From Candidatus Micrarchaeota archaeon (GTDB taxonomy: Archaea; Micrarchaeota; Micrarchaeia; Anstonellales; Bilamarchaeaceae): 17,212 bases of DNA. The notes below the pieces were generated by a model. That model was given only the letters and a program-made list of their open reading frames with translations. It did not search any database and was not told where the DNA came from. The stretch spans positions 1 to 17,212 of the forward strand of contig JAGVWJ010000021.1 of NCBI GenBank assembly GCA_018304385.1, written 5' to 3'. The position numbers and the translations under genes were made by a program. Positions 1 to 7,864 of the stretch are shown piece by piece (position 1 is the first letter of the stretch; the number at the start of each line of letters is the position of its first letter).

Positions 1-1
1 A

Positions 2-259
2 CCAAAGGCAGGTGTGCTTGCAGAAGAAGAGGCAAAGGTTGTGGCACATAATATTATTGCAGAGATAAATGGAACTGAAAAGATATCATTCAATGGAAAG
101 GGATATTGTTTTGTAGAAACAGGAGATGGAAAGGCAGCTTATGCTGAAGGAGATTTCTTTGCTGAACCATCCGCAAGTGTAATAATGCAAGAGCCATCTG
201 AAAAGTTCCTATTAGAGAAGATAGAATTTGAGAAGAAAAGGTTGAAAGAATGGTTTTAG
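2..259 (+). CDS. 3' end (partial) of sulfide:quinone oxidoreductase-like NAD(P)/FAD-dependent oxidoreductase
   Basis: The frame is open from base 2 and reads PKAGVLAEEEAKVVAHNIIAEING...FNGKGYCFVETGDGKAAYAEGDFFAEP...KIEFEKKRLKEWF*. PKAG, GxCF-ExG and K-xx-FEK are typical of SQR-family C-termini. The N-terminus lies outside the window. Confidence 0.8.
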   Translation, partial: PKAGVLAEEEAKVVAHNIIAEINGTEKISFNGKGYCFVETGDGKAAYAEGDFFAEPSASVIMQEPSEKFLLEKIEFEKKRLKEWF

Positions 260-366
260 TAACAAACGAAAATTATCTGTGGAAAAAATTATCTGAAGAA
301 TCCCTAAGAAGAGCATGGGAAAAAGAAGATAAAATCTGGGATAAAATTGCAAAAAGGATAAAATAA
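250..366 (+). CDS. small 38-aa ORF, possible antitoxin-like fragment
   Basis: Manual translation: MVLVTNENYLWKKLSEESLRRAWEKEDKIWDKIAKRIK*. The ATG overlaps the last 10 nt of the upstream gene. It is below the ORF-track length cut-off. Confidence 0.4.
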   Translation: MVLVTNENYLWKKLSEESLRRAWEKEDKIWDKIAKRIK

Positions 367-399
367 AGTGATCACGTGTTTAATCTGTCCTCAAAATCC

Positions 400-416
400 C
401 GTGTCCTTCGGACACG
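400..416. terminator. GC-rich hairpin between convergent genes, candidate terminator or RNA-stability element
   Basis: CGTGTCC-TTC-GGACACG is a perfect 7-bp stem with a 3-nt loop, in an AT-rich intergenic gap between convergent ORFs. It has no clear U-tract. Confidence 0.35.
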
Positions 417-433
417 ATCTCTCGATGAAATTT

Positions 434-646
434 CTATTTCATCAAGAACTTTGGCCCTAATTTATCTTTTTTACCTTTAACCTCAAACCCCTCTGCTTTT
501 TTTCCTGCCCAAACTTCATATACAGATAGCGTGCCCCGCTTGTTCTCTATTATATTTGTCTCGTAGCCTTGTGCTTCAAAGCGATCTGCAATTTGTTTTG
601 CCTCTTCTATGCTAAATGTACGGGCAACGCAACGCATAAATGACAT
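434..646 (-). CDS. small hypothetical protein (70 aa), predicted beta-alpha-beta-beta pattern
   Basis: The ORF has protein-like composition, fills the gap between neighbouring genes and has a TATA-like element (669-676, minus strand TATAAAAA) 22 nt before the ATG. An alternative start is at 637. Confidence 0.65.
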   Translation of the reverse strand: MSFMRCVARTFSIEEAKQIADRFEAQGYETNIIENKRGTLSVYEVWAGKKAEGFEVKGKKDKLGPKFLMK

Positions 647-668
647 AACAAAATTAGCAAATGCAGGA

Positions 669-688
669 TTTTTATATTTATATGGTGA
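669..688. promoter_or_regulatory. putative bidirectional archaeal promoter (TATA boxes) plus SD
   Basis: TTTTTATA at 669-676 lies 21 nt before ATG 698, and GGTGA at 684-688 is an SD-like motif. The same AT tract reads TATAAATATAAAAA on the minus strand, ahead of the 646 start. Confidence 0.45.
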
Positions 689-697
689 ATGCTTTTT

Positions 698-964
698 ATG
701 CGCTTAATCATTTTTGGCATAATAATTGCAATGTTGGTATTCGGATGTACATCCCAGATAAAAGAGGAACCAATTACTGAAAAACCAAAAACAGAAATTA
801 AAAATGAAACAAAGATTGAACCTGCCTCTCCAATTGAACGAACGCCAAAAAAGGAGCCAGAAAAGTACATACCTAAGACTGAGGATGGCATTACAAAAAA
901 TCAGTGCGAAACAGCTGGCGGAAGATGGGACGAATGCGGAAGCGCATGCAGAGGGGCAGCGTAA
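698..964 (+). CDS. N-terminal fragment of a frameshifted lipoprotein (lipobox, low-complexity linker, start of Cys-rich domain)
   Basis: Hydrophobic signal ending in LVFG-C (archaeal lipobox), a K/E/P/T-rich linker, then CETAGGRWDECGSACRGAA* stopping mid-motif. An alternative start is at 689. Confidence 0.65.
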   Translation: MRLIIFGIIIAMLVFGCTSQIKEEPITEKPKTEIKNETKIEPASPIERTPKKEPEKYIPKTEDGITKNQCETAGGRWDECGSACRGAA

Positions 965-2304
965 TTTATTGTGAATGCGGAACTTGGAACAATATGCAAT
1001 GTCCAGATGGTTTCAGTTGCGAAGATTTAATTCCTCCACAAGCTGGATATGCAACTGGTATATGCAAAAGAATAGAACCGCTTGATATTAAAACGCCAGA
1101 AGAATTGGAAAAAGAAGTAGAAGATGCACTAAAGGTTGAAGGAAAATTAGAAATTAAGCCAGATATAACTGAAGCGAAATTTACCATGCTTAATAAAACG
1201 CTTCTTTTCACTGGTGGATATGCAGATGCATCCGTGATTCAAATAAATGGAAGATATCTAATGTATCTAAACAAGTTTGGTCAAGCAAGCGCAACAGGGG
1301 TATTTGTTCTTAGTTCGCAAGATGGATTATCCTGGAAAGAAGAAACAGATGTAATATTAGACGGAGTTGCAGTTGCACGCGCAGTTCGTTTTTCAAATGG
1401 AGTTCGCGTTTATTACCATCAACCACCTATGAAGAATGAGGATAAGGGTGCAATAGTTAGTTCTTTTTCATCTGATGGCCTAAGCTCTTGGCAATATGAA
1501 GGAGTTAGGATAAGACCACGTTCTGGTTATGATGCTGCTGGACCAACAGTTATCCAGTTAGATAATGGAACTTATAGAATGTTTTTCTATGAAATAAAAG
1601 AAGGTACAGACGCACCTCCTAATGTTCCAGCAGCAGAGATATATGGTGCATCATCCAAAGACGGATTAACATGGAATAGAGATGCAAAAGCAACTATTGT
1701 TTCTGAAATGAACGTTGAAGGAGACGCGATTCCAACTGTCAGACATCCAATGGCTCTTAAATGGAAAGATGGTTATCTGATGTTTTATTGGACACACCAA
1801 AAGATTTATGCTGCCTATTCCCAAGATGGATTCAGCTGGAAAAAACTAGGTTATACTGGGATTAAAGGCGCTGACCCTGATGCAATACCACTTTCTGAAG
1901 GAAACATTAGATTATATTTTGGTGGAGAATGCATCCCAAGTGAACAAGATTGCTCTAAGGTTTTACCTGGGCCAGGAAATGTACATACTACTATACTAAA
2001 AATTGAATGGTCAGCTGAACAAAAAAAGAAAGAAAGGCCGCCTGGCTTGCTATTTGAAGATGGAAAATATATATTAGTATTAAATGATATTGCACTTGAC
2101 CAAACTGTACCTGCTGGTGCCTGTGCCTTGATTGAAATTGTTAAAATTGAGAGCGAAGCGAGCTTACAAAAAGGAAAGATTTGTAAGGGAAGTGATTATT
2201 CTTGGGTTTCACCAGAAGGCAAGCAATTTAAAATTAGATTATTAGATATTGCGCCTGGATATAGTGGTGGCGCTAAGTGGGCTAATTTTTTGATTTTTGG
2301 TTAA
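904..2304 (+). pseudogene. C-terminal part of the same frameshifted lipoprotein: Cys-rich domain, five-bladed beta-propeller (GH43/32/68-like fold, Asp-box-like repeats) and C-terminal beta domain
   Basis: Meaningful coding starts at about 961 (VIYCECG...QCPDGFSC...GICK). There are four SxDGxxW motifs (SSQDGLSW, SSDGLSSW, SSKDGLTW, YSQDGFSW) and five blade starts (ADASV, AVARAV, AAGPTV, VRHPMA, ADPDAI). It has no signal peptide of its own. The ORF-track N-terminus (904-960) is an off-frame read of the upstream fragment. Confidence 0.65.
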
Positions 2305-3338
2305 TGCGTATGCTGCGAACTTCGCATATATGCTTCATTCGCTTGGGTAACGAGACCGGCTTCTAAAAGCGCATCATAAGGAGAACCTTTGTAATAGTTT
2401 CCTACTAACCCACCTAATCCATTATTGTTAAAATCATCTTGGATTATGTCTTTAGGATCTTTCTTTAATTTCCAAACTAGCCATTTACAAGCAGCTATCC
2501 TAATTTCTTTATCAGAATAAATAAGTGGAGCGTTTTTAATTTCCCAAGGATAGATCTTATCAGTTTTAAATTGTCCATTTTGTTCTTTTATTTCATCTTC
2601 AGGATACGCATAGCCTGCTTCCACCAACGCCAAATAAGGAGAGTTTTTGTAATGATTCATTAATCCAGATAATCTATTATTATTAAAATCATCTCCACTG
2701 ACTCTTCTAATCCTTCCTAAATTTCTTCTTATTTCATCCAAAACTTCTTGCATTCTTTTTGCATCAGTTTTTTCTTCTCTTGCAGATTGTAAAATAAGCT
2801 GATCTAGTTCTTCTCTTGATTCATCAAGTCTAGCAGGACTAGCTCCTAGAAATTCTAATAGTTTTTTTATTACTGTTACTCTAATTTGTTTGTTGCTCCA
2901 TGCAATATGATAAGAACGATCAATTAATTTATTATTATAAAGTTCTTCAGCCTTTCCTTCTCTAAGCATTTGTCCTACTTTTGAATTTACTGCTTCTTTA
3001 ATTTCTGATTTAGTTAACGGTCTGGTTATTTCTCTTTTGGTGCTTCTTTCTCTTGCAGAATCATGCTCTCCAAAATGAGTGTCTTGTCTTTCTATATCTG
3101 GAGCTAGCTCAGCATAACCTTTATCTGTTATTTTGTATTTTCCTCTTTCTATAAAAAATAAAGCTAGCCATGTCCTGAATTGTATTTTCTTATCTATTGT
3201 CTGACCGCTTTCGTGTTTTAGATCCTCAGGTTCTAGTTTATAATGAGCTAACCCACCGCAAATTAACCGAAATCTTCGTTCTGGTGCAGGCTGTTGGTAT
3301 TCTTGAAGTGGATGTGCTAAATTAAGTTTAGTCATCAT
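2301..3338 (-). CDS. hypothetical repeat protein, DUF4046-like C-terminal repeats
   Basis: 345-aa ORF with two copies of DDFNNNxLxGL...(Y)YKxSPYxALxEAG 85 aa apart, plus YPWE and KWLV motifs that resemble DUF4046-type repeats as I recall them. An alternative start is at 3335. Confidence 0.7.
   Translation of the reverse strand: MMTKLNLAHPLQEYQQPAPERRFRLICGGLAHYKLEPEDLKHESGQTIDKKIQFRTWLALFFIERGKYKITDKGYAELAPDIERQDTHFGEHDSARERSTKREITRPLTKSEIKEAVNSKVGQMLREGKAEELYNNKLIDRSYHIAWSNKQIRVTVIKKLLEFLGASPARLDESREELDQLILQSAREEKTDAKRMQEVLDEIRRNLGRIRRVSGDDFNNNRLSGLMNHYKNSPYLALVEAGYAYPEDEIKEQNGQFKTDKIYPWEIKNAPLIYSDKEIRIAACKWLVWKLKKDPKDIIQDDFNNNGLGGLVGNYYKGSPYDALLEAGLVTQANEAYMRSSQHTH
2416..2694. repeat. intragenic direct repeat (24 nt, 22/24 identical) at 2416-2439 and 2671-2694
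   Basis: AATCCATTATTGTTAAAATCATCT vs AATCTATTATTATTAAAATCATCT. The offset is 255 nt, equal to 85 codons. Confidence 0.8.
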
Positions 3339-3357
3339 TTTATTGTGTTAGCAAGAG

Positions 3358-3442
3358 TATAAAAAGGTTCTGAATGTACATTGACAAACTCTTTAAATTT
3401 GTTGTTATTTATAATAAATTCTAGATTCTTCTAATTCGAGGT
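3358..3442. promoter_or_regulatory. divergent archaeal promoter region
   Basis: Minus-strand TTTTTATA (3365-3358) lies about 20-22 nt before ATG 3338/3335. On the plus strand, TTTATAAT is at 3408-3415 and SD-like GAGGT at 3438-3442 precedes ATG 3449. Confidence 0.5.
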
Positions 3443-3448
3443 CAATTT

Positions 3449-4129
3449 ATGCCAGTTTTATTAATAAGAGAGATCCAAAGAAAGGGTGCTGTACCTCTAG
3501 CTCAACCCATGGAAGAAGACAAAAGAGAAAAATATGAAAGAGCGCTTGCACTTTTAGCTAATGTTGCAGCGAAGACTACTGGATTCAGTACTTATAAAGA
3601 AAAGCTTGACAATGGAGTTTCTTCAATAATTGGATTTGTAGAAGCTAGAGAAGAATGCCTAAGAAACATAAGAAGAAGAGTTGACGAGCATCTTTCCCAA
3701 ATAAGAGGCAGTTTGACACGCCCAGCAGCATTAAACGGAAATACAAAACAAAGAATACTAGAAAATATGAATCAATTATTAGAAAATGCATTCTACCAAA
3801 TGCAATATCATATTGCGGGAATAGAAATGCCTGAAGAACATCCACAAACTATGGTTAGAATAGCTGCATTTAGCGAGCCTCGTGTATTTAGACCTAATGG
3901 ACAAATTAATCAAAAATTAGCTGCGTTTTTAGCATCGATTGGCGTTGGTAATAGGGATTTTATGGATGCAGTTGAAACAATACGAGATTCCTTACTACCT
4001 GTAAGCGATAAACAAGATGAGTGGAACGCATGCAAGCTAAGATTAAAAGAAATTGCAACAGCAATCGCTAGCGCATACATTGATTTTCATTTAACTGGGC
4101 AACCAATGATAGAAGGACTACAAAGATAA
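3449..4129 (+). CDS. hypothetical, predicted mainly helical protein (226 aa)
   Basis: Long ORF with SD GAGGT and a TATA-like element upstream. I recognise no family motif. Confidence 0.7.
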   Translation: MPVLLIREIQRKGAVPLAQPMEEDKREKYERALALLANVAAKTTGFSTYKEKLDNGVSSIIGFVEAREECLRNIRRRVDEHLSQIRGSLTRPAALNGNTKQRILENMNQLLENAFYQMQYHIAGIEMPEEHPQTMVRIAAFSEPRVFRPNGQINQKLAAFLASIGVGNRDFMDAVETIRDSLLPVSDKQDEWNACKLRLKEIATAIASAYIDFHLTGQPMIEGLQR

Positions 4130-4150
4130 AATTAAAAGTATATAAGTAGA

Positions 4151-5347
4151 ATGCTAATTATGGCCACTCCCAAATTACTATTAGCTTTAATCTTATTATC
4201 GAGTTTAATCTATTCTGCTACTGATATAGAAAAAGCGATAATACTGAACGAACCTGCAATAGTGGATGTAATAGTTGAGATAAAATCTACGCTTACTATT
4301 GAGAGTGATGTTTTGCCAAGCCTAAAAGAATTGGTTAGCAGAAGCTATGTGCTCTCAGCCAATAAATCAATAGATGGCGCAATTATAAGCGCGGATGGAT
4401 ATATAATAACAAATAATAATGTAATTGAGAATGAGACTATAATAAATGAAACAATAGTATTTGCTGCACCCCTAATAGCAAATGATGCTGGCAAAATTGA
4501 TCATCTTAAAAGATTTGGAAAGGAAATTGATGATAAAGAAGCAAATGCGTATAAGGAGTATTTATTTGGAATTTATGATGGTGCTACTGGATTCAATAAA
4601 AAAATATCTAGTGATTATGCTGATGGCATAATCTCTATAAAAATAGATAAAAAAGAAGCGTATGTTAAACTTTCTGGCTACGCTAAGCCAATAAATGCAC
4701 AATTCATAGATGCTAAGGATGGCATGGCACTGCTGAAAATAGACAAAAATAATCTGCCAGTTGTAGAATTAAAAAATGCAACAATGCAAAGCGGCGACCA
4801 AGTTTATATAATAAACACTGATAAAAATAAAACTGAGACAAACCTTATCAAAAATAGCGAATCTGGCAAAAAATACGAACTACTGAGTAATGATGAAAAT
4901 CAAAATGAAATAAATATAATTAGTGATAAAGAAGGAAGCCTAGTTGGACTAGAGTTAAACGACGAGGTAGTGACTAAAGATGATATAAACAGCGTATTAG
5001 CAGAGAACAGTATAACAGAAAAACCTTCAATAACAAATGCAGAATTTCAAGAGGCATTAGATAGCTATGATTCTGGCAATTACACTAATGCTAAACAAAA
5101 ACTGGAAACAACATTAACGTTTTATCCTGAGCACGAGCAAGCAAAGGAACTACTTAAAAAAATTGAAATGAAAAAACCAGAAGCTAATGGATTAAATGAA
5201 TGGATAGCGAATATAAAACTATTTTTCAAAAATATACTAAATAAAATACCAAACGAAGCAAAGACTATTGGGTTAATAGCATTAATATTGATGCTTTCAC
5301 TGTATGTAGTTAGTAAATTAAGAAAAAAAGATAGAAGAAGAGACTAA
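4151..5347 (+). CDS. secreted, C-terminally membrane-anchored trypsin-like (S1C/HtrA-type) fold protein with TPR-like motif; catalytic motifs degenerate
   Basis: N-terminal signal peptide; SIDGAIISADGYIITNNNV (cf. GSGFIISxDGYIVTNxHV); GMALLKID (cf. DxALLKI); DKEGSLVGL (cf. NxxGEVVGI); TPR-like FQEALDSYDSGNYTNAKQKLETTLTFYPEHEQAKELL; C-terminal TM helix followed by KLRKKDRRRD. Confidence 0.7.
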   Translation: MLIMATPKLLLALILLSSLIYSATDIEKAIILNEPAIVDVIVEIKSTLTIESDVLPSLKELVSRSYVLSANKSIDGAIISADGYIITNNNVIENETIINETIVFAAPLIANDAGKIDHLKRFGKEIDDKEANAYKEYLFGIYDGATGFNKKISSDYADGIISIKIDKKEAYVKLSGYAKPINAQFIDAKDGMALLKIDKNNLPVVELKNATMQSGDQVYIINTDKNKTETNLIKNSESGKKYELLSNDENQNEINIISDKEGSLVGLELNDEVVTKDDINSVLAENSITEKPSITNAEFQEALDSYDSGNYTNAKQKLETTLTFYPEHEQAKELLKKIEMKKPEANGLNEWIANIKLFFKNILNKIPNEAKTIGLIALILMLSLYVVSKLRKKDRRRD

Positions 5348-5368
5348 TAATTTTAATAAAAGATTTTT

Positions 5369-6883
5369 ATGAAAGTAATAATAACAGGTAAAGACCTAAC
5401 TATAGAAAAAGTAGTGAACGTTGCCCGACAGTTTGAAGAAGTTGAACTTTCACAAGAGGTTATAAAGCACATCGAAGATTCAGCCTCATTAGTGGACCAG
5501 TTTATTAAGAACAAAAAAAAGTTGTATGGGATTACAACTGGCTTTGGTGCATTAGCTAATTCTATAATACCTCAAGACAAGATTCATGAACTACAATATA
5601 ATATTATAATAAGCCATGCAACAGCTGTTGGAGATCCGTTTCCTACAGAAATTGTTAGAGCCGCGATGCTATTGAAATTAAATACACTTGCGAGTGGATG
5701 CTGTGGTGTAAGACTAAAAACTGTAAAAATGCTAATAGATATGCTAAACAAAAGGATCCACCCGATTATTCCAAGTAAAGGTTCGTTAGGTGCAAGCGGG
5801 GATCTTGCTCCATTGGCTCATATGGCACTTGTTATGATAGGAAAGGGAACTGCAGAATATAATGGAAATATTATTTTAGGTAGTGAGGCACTTAGACTAG
5901 CTGGATTAACTCCATTAGAACTAGAAGCAAAAGAAGGATTATCACTAGTAAACGGTACTCAGATTATGGCCGCAATAGGCGCTTTGGCGATTTATGATAC
6001 GGAAACATTGCTAAAAAACGCAGATATTGCAGCAACGATGACTGCTGAGGCATTAAAAAGCAATGAAGCGCCTTTTGATGAAGAGGTTCATAAACTTCGA
6101 CCACACCCAGGGCAAATAAAATGCGCAAGGAACATAAGGAAATTAATTAAAGAAAGTAAACTAATTGGTTCAAATGGCATTACTCAAGATCCGTATTCCA
6201 TAAGATGTATTCCGCAGGTCAACGGAGCAGTAAAGGATACTATCGAGTTTTGTAGAAAAATAATGGAAACAGAGATTAATGCTGTAACAGATAACCCAGT
6301 GATATTATTAGAAAGCAAACGAATACTATCGTGTGGACATTTTCACGGTGAATACCTTGCATTTGCTTTAGATTTTTTGGCAATAGCAATAGCTGAACTT
6401 GCAGACATCGCAGAGAGAAGAATTGCACGATTAGTAGACCCAAAATTAAGTGGATTGGCTGCGTTTCTTATAAATGAGGCAGGTGTTAATTCTGGATTCA
6501 TGATACCACACTACACTGCTGCCGCCCTGGTTTCAGAAAATAAAATATTGTGCCATCCTGCTTCTGTTGATTCAATACCTACTTCTGCAAATCAAGAGGA
6601 TCATGTAAGCATGGGAGCAACAGCTGCGAACAAGCTACTGCAAGTAATATTCAACGTACAAAATGTAATATGTATAGAATACATATGTGCTGCTCAAGCA
6701 CTTGATTTAATAAACGGAAAACAAGGTATTGGAACTAATGCTGCTTATAAAACTATAAGAAAAAAGATAAAATTTCTTGAAAAAGATGAAGAACTCCATG
6801 GTTATATAATGAAAAGCTTTGAACTTGTAAAAAATGGAGAGATTGTTAGAGACGTTGAAACCGCTATAGGAGGATTGGAATGA
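5369..6883 (+). CDS. hutH: histidine ammonia-lyase
   Basis: YGITTGFG, the SH motif (IIISHA), the MIO-forming GASGDLAPLAH, NGTQ, QDPYSIRCIPQ, DNP, GHFHG and SANQEDHVSMG. Confidence 0.97.
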   Translation: MKVIITGKDLTIEKVVNVARQFEEVELSQEVIKHIEDSASLVDQFIKNKKKLYGITTGFGALANSIIPQDKIHELQYNIIISHATAVGDPFPTEIVRAAMLLKLNTLASGCCGVRLKTVKMLIDMLNKRIHPIIPSKGSLGASGDLAPLAHMALVMIGKGTAEYNGNIILGSEALRLAGLTPLELEAKEGLSLVNGTQIMAAIGALAIYDTETLLKNADIAATMTAEALKSNEAPFDEEVHKLRPHPGQIKCARNIRKLIKESKLIGSNGITQDPYSIRCIPQVNGAVKDTIEFCRKIMETEINAVTDNPVILLESKRILSCGHFHGEYLAFALDFLAIAIAELADIAERRIARLVDPKLSGLAAFLINEAGVNSGFMIPHYTAAALVSENKILCHPASVDSIPTSANQEDHVSMGATAANKLLQVIFNVQNVICIEYICAAQALDLINGKQGIGTNAAYKTIRKKIKFLEKDEELHGYIMKSFELVKNGEIVRDVETAIGGLE

Positions 6884-7860
6884 AATATCTCAAACCTAGC
6901 AATGTGGATATTTACGAACCTGTACGTGATGAGAATGACATTAGAATTAAGAACATAATACGGAATTACAAAGAAGATGAGGAATGTAATATTGGAATAA
7001 TTGGTGTACCTTTTGATTATGGTGTTGAGCTTAGCAATGGAAGAGTTGGAGCAAAAGAAGGGCCGAATGCAGTTCGAACTGCGCTTAAAAGATATGGTTC
7101 GATTTATAATGTAGAAAAAAACATCAATATTAGCGATTTGAAAATTTGCGATTTTGGAGATGTTGAAGTTGTTGAACGAGATTCACAAGAAACACATGCA
7201 CGTGTTAGCGAAACTGTTTTCGAACTAGTAAAGAAAGATGTTTTACCTATTGTTATCGGAGGCGGGCATGATATAAGCTTTGCAAATGTGCGTGGTCTTT
7301 GTAATGCTTTTGATGGAAAGATTGGCGGGATAAACATAGATGCACATTTTGATGTTCGTATTGTTAAGAATGGAAAAAATTCTAGTGGAACATCTTTTAG
7401 GCGAGTTTTGGAAGAATTGGATGGCAAGGTTTTAGGAAAGAATTTTGTTGAGATTGGTTGCCATGATAATTTGAATTCAAAAACTTATTATGAATATTTA
7501 CTTGCAAAGAAATCGAATATTATTACACTAAGTGAAGTCCAGAAAAAAAGAATGAAGAAGATTATGGTGGGTGCATTAAAGATTGCGAATGCTGCAACGA
7601 AAGCGAGTTTTGTCAGTGTTGATATCGATGCAATGCCACAGCATGTTGCCCCAGGATGTAGCGCGCCAAGCGCAAGAGGAATTCAAGCTCATGATATTTT
7701 AGAGGCTTGTTTTATTGCTGGTGTTAATTCTAAGGTAAAACTATTTGACATCATGGAACTAAATCCAAGATATGATGTTGATAATAGAACTGCATTGCTT
7801 GCTGCCACCATGATTGTGAGCTTCTTGGAGGGATTTGCTATGCGGAATAAAAGTAAGTGA
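6880..7860 (+). CDS. hutG: formimidoylglutamase (arginase/ureohydrolase family)
   Basis: [34 protein letters not shown] and SVDIDA metal motifs. It sits within the hut cluster with an ATGA overlap with hutH. Confidence 0.9.
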   Translation: MKYLKPSNVDIYEPVRDENDIRIKNIIRNYKEDEECNIGIIGVPFDYGVELSNGRVGAKEGPNAVRTALKRYGSIYNVEKNINISDLKICDFGDVEVVERDSQETHARVSETVFELVKKDVLPIVIGGGHDISFANVRGLCNAFDGKIGGINIDAHFDVRIVKNGKNSSGTSFRRVLEELDGKVLGKNFVEIGCHDNLNSKTYYEYLLAKKSNIITLSEVQKKRMKKIMVGALKIANAATKASFVSVDIDAMPQHVAPGCSAPSARGIQAHDILEACFIAGVNSKVKLFDIMELNPRYDVDNRTALLAATMIVSFLEGFAMRNKSK

Positions 7861-7864
7861 GAAA

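Noticed and set aside
953-964. Programmed frameshift or stop readthrough in the lipoprotein gene
   Set aside because: There is no slippery heptamer or obvious stimulatory structure, and readthrough would stay in the wrong frame. A mutation or assembly error is more parsimonious.
2301-2304. Convergent genes sharing stop-codon bases (TTAA at 2301-2304; also the 4-nt overlap at 11509-11512)
   Set aside because: This is common in compact AT-rich genomes and carries no specific signal.
3373-3382. Perfect palindrome AATGTACATT in the divergent promoter, resembling the TGTWACA heptamer
   Set aside because: It is TGTACA (no central W), unpaired and single, which is expected by chance in AT-rich DNA.
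3381-3415. TTGACA (3381-3386) and TATAAT (3410-3415) resembling a bacterial sigma70 promoter
   Set aside because: The spacing is 23 nt rather than about 17. The TATAAT is better explained as part of an archaeal TATA box.
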